From Pavona decussata (lineage: Eukaryota): a DNA stretch of 64,000 bases. The stretch spans positions 434,001 through 498,000 of the forward strand of contig CDRNST010000088.1 in assembly GCA_977016875.1 (NCBI GenBank), written 5' to 3'. The notes beneath the pieces were generated by a model, which searched no databases, was not told where the DNA came from, and saw only the letters and a program-made list of their open reading frames with translations. Position 1 is the first letter of the stretch, and each line of letters begins with the position of its first letter. This document shows, one piece after another, positions 57,907 to 64,000 of this stretch. The position numbers and the translations under genes are program-made.

Positions 57907-58653
57907 GGCGTGTGTAGGGGTGTCAAACTGAGTCATCTGGTGTAAATGAGCATCACTAGATCTGTATGGTGTTTTCTTTGGAACGGACCCGACAATCAGG
58001 TATAGATGTGAGTCTGTGAAGGAAAAAGAAGTCAGAAAACGGCGAGAGAACTGCCATGACATAAACAAATATATATTTGAGAAAACGACACGATACTGTC
58101 ATAGCTAGATTTCACTTTTCAAAGATGTTCAGCCTGTCTATTAAAAGAACATTAACCATCTCCTGAAACTCCTGTGGAGTATTTTTGACGGAATGAACGG
58201 AATTTTATTTGGAAAACAAATGGAACTCCTAGGTCCACTCCGAAAATACTCCGGGAGAAAAAGACGACTTTTTAAGGTAACACCCTATGACTGAAACCAA
58301 GATCTCTTTCGTAAAATATCCGAGTTTCAATTAAGTCAGGTATATCACTAATAATCAATGAAATTGGAACAATTCTCTCGTCAGAGTCTTGGTTACTTAT
58401 AGGCGCTGGTAATTCTGATGACAGATTTAGTTAACTGTTATCCTATCATGGCTATCCAAATGGCGTTGAACAGCGGCTGTAATTTCCCAGTTGGTGCTTG
58501 GGAAGTCAAGTAAGAATTTAATATATCGGCAAAAACAGTTTTATTTTACGTTATATATGTCACTCTGCGATGACAAATCATCATTGAAAAGAAAAACGAC
58601 ATATTTGCAGTGTGTTTAAAAAGGCTTCAAACAAGGAGTATTTTAAAGCGATA

Positions 58654-59128
58654 CAGTAAAAACCCACCCGCATATAAGAAACTAGTGATATAAGAACCTA
58701 CAGGCTGAAATTTGGCATTTAAATACCCAAAAATATAAGAACCTGTTCAGCCTGGCAAAAAAAAAAAAGGTTCTTATACAAAACCAATAACTCTAATTTT
58801 GATGGTCAAAAGTCTGGATTTTAATTGTGTGAAAAACTTCTGACAAAAAGTTATTGTGCATATGTTTTCTTTGATTGACGTTTGTTTGGATTTTCACCAG
58901 AAATATGTTTTCCATAAAGCTACAGTGCAATATAGACGATTTAAAATCTAAATAATTATCTTATAAAATGAAATACACTTTGTATTAGTAGTACAATATT
59001 TCTGCCAATGCTTACACTACGACAACGTCTGAAAAATCAGCCTGAATTGTGAAAAACTACCCTAAAATATAAGAACCTGTTCAGCCTGACCTCGAAAATT
59101 CTGGGTTCTTATACGCGGGTTTTTACTG
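58654..59128. mobile_element. Tc1/mariner-type MITE
   Basis: ta|cagtaaaaaccc...cgcatataagaa / ttcttatacgcgggtttttactg|ta; tataagaacct subrepeats. Confidence 0.85.
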
Positions 59129-60990
59129 TACTTGAACTCTGAGTTTGTTTCATACCGTTTATCTTCCAAAATATTATCACCAGTGATAGTAAAGGAACGT
59201 TGTTGTCGGAAAAGAGATGTTTGTCATATGCCAAAACTGACGATACGCCAGAGTTTCTGACAAACGATCTTGTGTTGTATTTGATACTTCTACTGAAGCA
59301 TCCAAATGCGACGGCTGTAGCGACGCCTATCGGCTTACTGGGATACCATCAATCCCAGCAATCCTCAACTGAGTTTCAAGTTACATTATTATTCCAGGTA
59401 AAGAACCTCTTATCCTGACCTGCCTGTTAAGCCTTCAATTTAATAATGGACTGCTCGCTTTACTGAAAACTGTTACGGCAAGGATTTATCGAAGACGTAA
59501 CGAGTTAGTCAAGTTTCGTTTTCACTTTTCACCTATTTTCAGTCTTTAATTTGCGACCGTTGTATAAAAACTATACCAGTCATTATTTGTTTTTTCTTTG
59601 CTTAATTTGAAGCAGGGGTATTTTGTCTACGTGATTTAAAAAACAAAAGCAAAAATTTTAGGATTAGATGGACTTTAAAAATAGGAGTGACGTGGATACA
59701 TTAACCTGACACTTTACTGGTATTCAAGGATTAAGATAAATCATTAAAGAGAGTGTAAACGAAAAGATGCTTAATATGCAAATGACAGTTCGTAACGACA
59801 AAAAATGGGTGCTCGTCGTTTAAGTCGCCGCGCAACCAAATAATTTCCTTCATTATTTTCACAGCCTTTTTCTCATTGATGTTGATAATATCTGGCAGTC
59901 CTTTTAGATAATAACTTGGTGCCCGTCCCAGCGTAAAGAAAACTATAAGGTCTGCGGATGTCCACCCTATCCCTGACTTTCACTTTCATTTAGCACTGAT
60001 TAGTTATGTAATAGGTAATAATTACCGAAGACGGAACAATTCTTTTCTTAGGGTTTAAGTTTTTGAATATTTTAAGAGGTAGAACGAATAAAAATTAGAC
60101 GGTATAATGTTTATTTTTAAACTCTTGCAAGCGGAATAATTTCGTTCTATACCGCCACAGGTATGAAGGTCAGCCCAAAATATAAAGACAATAAAAACAA
60201 AAATGATTATAATAAAAAAGAACCAATTTTATTATTTTCAATGTCAGTTTTGTTTGACATGATAGTCAGGTCCATACGATCATAATTGATTTATAGATAA
60301 CATGAACATGTTTTCTTGTTCAAAAGAAAAAAAACTTAAATGAAAAATACGATCTTAACAAGTTTTTTTATTAATGTCTTATTACCAAGCGAAAAAGGTA
60401 AAAAGAGAATTGGAAATGGTTCTTGTTCTCGAATGTTTTTCTTTTCTTTTCATCAATGCTCAAAGATTTTCGACATTTTTCGATAATTTAGTTGCGGTTA
60501 TGACCAGATGAATAAAACAATTTGACATAAGGGATATCCTTTTTGTTTAGTTCACTGTTATTGATAGGGTAAATTGTTCATCACGTCAATTCCTAAGCGG
60601 AGCAGAGATGTTAGTAAAGCGACGAAAAATCTTCACTGCCATTAATGTAAGCTAGGCTGATTACTGGAACGTGAGTTGCAAAAAGTAAGCTCAGTTTTTT
60701 GTACATGTCACGGGACAGGGAAAGGTGACTAGGAGAGGTTTTTTCGCCGTGCACTAAATTGAAAATTCTGTATACTGACATTTCTGAAAACACTTAATTT
60801 GTTTGATCAATCAGCACTCTTGGAGGTGCAGGTGTAAACTAAACACTTCCATTAGGTTCATTTACATGTTAATTTGACTGATTTGAGAAGCGAAATTTAG
60901 GCGTCCATAAATTTTAACTAAACAACTTTGTGGTCACCTCCATTTAGGATACAAGATACTGGGTCGTTTAATTTGTAAACTGTCGCAGAG

Positions 60991-61218
60991 ATGATCAGCA
61001 AGAAGTGTTGCCTTTTTACATTCCTTCTGATATTTCCTCGTCCTTGCCAAACTAAACAAACGCTTTACGTTGGAGGGCTTTTCGGTCTGGACACGAGTCG
61101 CGGTGGATGGAATTCTGCAGGAATTGTACCGGCTGTTCAAATGGCTATTGATGAGATAAACAACAGTTCAGAGTATCTGAGGGACTATCATTTGGAACTT
61201 TTAATAAAGGACTCCCAG
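60991..61218 (+). CDS. GABA-B-receptor-like class C GPCR, coding exon 1 (signal peptide + Venus flytrap start)
   Basis: MISKKCCLFTFLLIF..LYVGGLF...GIVPAVQMAIDEINN...LRDYHLELLIKDSQ|gt. Confidence 0.85.
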
Positions 61219-61898
61219 GTTTGTAGGAATATAATATATTTCGATGTAATTGCTCTTTCGTTATATGTTTCTGTGTAGACTGAGCTGTTTAATTGATTTT
61301 ATTTTAAGTTCAGCGAATTTCTATAGCAACACTACATGCTGTTGTTGTTGAACAACAACCGCAACGTAATAACCTTTAAAGCCTTGTTAGCAAGTTTTAA
61401 TATCCGTGGATTTCACTGTCATACGCCGACTGGAGTTTCTAAAACATTATTCGCCCGGCGTAATTCACCGATGATTAGACAATGGTGAAGGAAATTCGAC
61501 CATAAAAAGTTTAAGATTTTAATTGACATTCACGCCGAAAACGTTCCGTGATTTTTCTCTTATCTGTGGAAATCAAGTAAAAAGCCAAAATAAGCTACAA
61601 CTACATCAAAGTTTTAGAAAAACTCCCAAAACGTAGTTTTCGAATTTAAACCAAAAGCTGGGAAAAAGACAGGTGCTTCAACAGTTTTGTCACACTTTCT
61701 GTTTCGTTGTTTGCCCAGCTTCGCGGCAAGATTTAAATTCTCTTTAACCAATGATCGTTGCATCACGTCTTCAATTCCTGAAACTTAAGAACATTTCCTG
61801 TCGTGGTATAAAAAAATATAGCAATGTTAGGTCTCTTTTAAGTGGATTCCAATTAGTTGGATAGCGCATCCTTTCCGCGCACTATTTTGTACGTCATT

Positions 61899-62119
61899 AG
61901 AGAGATTTACATTTACGTTAACGGAAAAGGGCAGAAAAGACCAGGTGACCATGTTTATTCTACATTTGTCGCTGGCGGTTTTCAGTTTGAGTAGTTATGC
62001 GTTTGCATCAAAAGCCAGAATTTGTTTGCACCAACTATGTACTAGTATTTTTTCAAGAAAACGTAAACACGAATCTCACGCAGTTGCCGTTTAACGTAAA
62101 CGCGATTCTAAATCTCTCC
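61899..62119. mobile_element. MITE in GABA-B-like intron
   Basis: agagagatttacatttacgttaacgg / ccgtttaacgtaaacgcgattctaaatctctc. Confidence 0.65.
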
Positions 62120-63141
62120 ATTAGCGCACGCACGTCTGGCAAACATGGAGGTTTTCCTTGATTCTAAACTCAGCCAATTAACAAACGGTTATTTTCATCT
62201 AAACGAGCACGATGACCTACCTTTGTCATCCCTTTATTTTAGCTTAGCAATCATCCTCTTTCCACAGAAAAACGATTTTTCCCCAACACCGTGAGTTAGC
62301 CTATACCTCATGGGAACAAAATTAATAAGAGATCTTGAGAATACTTGCGCAAGAGACGTTTTGGGTCAATATTGACTGATACTGAGCTCCTCTAGCTGCC
62401 AAGAAATTTATCTTTAATTGCTTCTTTCGCTTCATGTATTATAAGTGTATAACGTTTGTTGAAGATCAACTTCATCGATTTTTAAATACCTGTTCCATCC
62501 AGACATAGCAAGAAATGATCAAACAGACTCATATTCGAAATTTATATTGTAACCAGTTATATGGGATAACCTGACAAGATCGTATCACTTTCGCAGGCAC
62601 GGTGACCAATTCTTTTTCTGCTTGATTTGAGTTCTCACATGCTAAAGATCAAACAGTGAAAGGCTGAACAAAATTTTACGGAAAGATTTACTTCGAGCCA
62701 GTCACTTAAACTTTTTTTTTCGCCAGAGACGCATTTTGAACCCTATTCCGCTCCTACTGTTTTGAGCCCACGTCTCGTGCTCCGTGATCGCGAATCCCTC
62801 ATGCCTCCCCCTCCACACTTGGCACGCAAGCTTCATGCAAGCATAAACACAAAGATCAAAATATTTCATTTTCTTGCATACGAGAGCAGGAATATAATAC
62901 AGGCATTATTTCCATATAAAAACCACTGTCGTCAACCTCATTCCGGCGATTTAGATGATCAAGTGAACATATTTTAAAGACTGATTGAATGACAAACGAT
63001 CTTTTTAACGACTGAATTGTCTTTTCATATATTTCCAAATCTCCCCATGACTTTGTTGAGATCAATATGTCTTGGACTAGCTACATAAACTAGTCAGTTC
63101 CACAATTACATTAATCGTATGTGACTTTGATACTTTTGTAG

Positions 63142-63279
63142 TGCAGTGTTGGTGAAGCCGTGCGCAGGTCACTGGAGTATATATCATCCGGGAAACCGAA
63201 GATTATGTTTTTGGGTCCCGGATGTTCTAAAGCGGCGATGCCGGTAGCAGAGGCTATCCATTACTGGAACATAGTACAG
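63142..63279 (+). CDS. GABA-B-receptor-like GPCR, coding exon 2; gene continues beyond window
   Basis: tag|CSVGEAVRRSLEYISSGKPKIMFLGPGCSKAAMPVAEAIHYWNIVQ|gtaag; phase 0 matches exon 1. Confidence 0.88.
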
Positions 63280-64000
63280 GTAAGAGTAACAGCTGGTATA
63301 ATAATAAGAGATACTGACTACAAAGCCTGAACAGTAACAATGATGGCTCCAGTGTGTGTTTTTGACTCATTAATAGCCGTAGTCCGTAATTTTCTTTTCC
63401 GAAGTCCAAAATCGTGAAGATAAAGCGTAATGTAAAGGTAGAGAAATACAAAATGTATGACTCTTTCTTAAAATATTGTGTTACTTTTCTTTTTTATTAA
63501 ACCACAAAATCGTATTTTGGAACAAAAACAGTAAAGTCCATTCTATTCGTTGGAGAAGACTATGAAAAGAATGACAAAACATATTCTTTGAAGTTCACTG
63601 GAAGCAACATTAAAAGTGATCATTCGTCTGTATCTAGTGTTTTAGTTACAAATTCATGCATTTTAAACGGATTATTTAGAAAAGTGCTCCCCTTCTCATA
63701 TAATCTACTTTCATAGGCCTATTTACGTCTATTTTGTACTCCTTGGCCGTGATTTGAATAAATGGAGACCCATTACCTCCAATTACTCACTGGAACTCCT
63801 GCTCAACTCTACCCGCGAATATAATGCTCATAATTTTTAAGGTTATGAAGGCCCAACCCCTCTTACTCAACCGATATGTGCACTTCCCTTGGCTGTAGAT
63901 TTATAGATTATAGCCGTTTAATGTGTGCAGCTTAAAAAAACATGGAAAGTAGGTGACAAAATGTTCTATGAAATGTCAGCCTCTTGTACTCCTGGGGCAA

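Noticed and set aside
53200-60900. Short ORFs and possible upstream exons/promoter of the GABA-B-like gene
   Set aside because: No domain-like peptides; isolated CCAAT boxes and donor-like sites (e.g. ~56590-56625, 60160) are not sufficient evidence

Overview
Eukaryotic (animal) genomic DNA, AT-rich with GT-AG introns. The gene and repeat content suggests a cnidarian, probably a stony coral (inference). Left half: the 5' ~1,920 codons of a UTP20 (SSU processome HEAT-repeat) gene on the minus strand. I traced 21 phase-consistent exons from the ATG at 28789 to 3501; the gene continues off the left edge. Its introns are packed with MITEs, nested non-autonomous DNA transposons, LINE/Penelope scraps and a tandem-plus-inverted tRNA-containing element (18445-19149). 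Middle: three atypical class-A (rhodopsin-like) 7TM paralogues with single-exon CDSs. The minus-strand copy has a repeat-expanded C-tail cut off by a frameshift. One plus-strand copy is intact and the other carries a 4-bp frameshift. They derive from a head-to-head pair plus a ~6.5-kb tandem duplication, with a decayed Tx1/L1 LINE in the predicted first intron of the minus-strand gene. Right end: the first two coding exons of a GABA-B-like class C GPCR. No prokaryotic features, CRISPR or rRNA. Best candidates for new biology: the multimeric tRNA-cored element, the orphan duplicated promoter pointing antisense into a GPCR, the frameshift-silenced repeat tail, and minimal hammerhead-like motifs. 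All coordinates were read by eye and may be off by a few bases.
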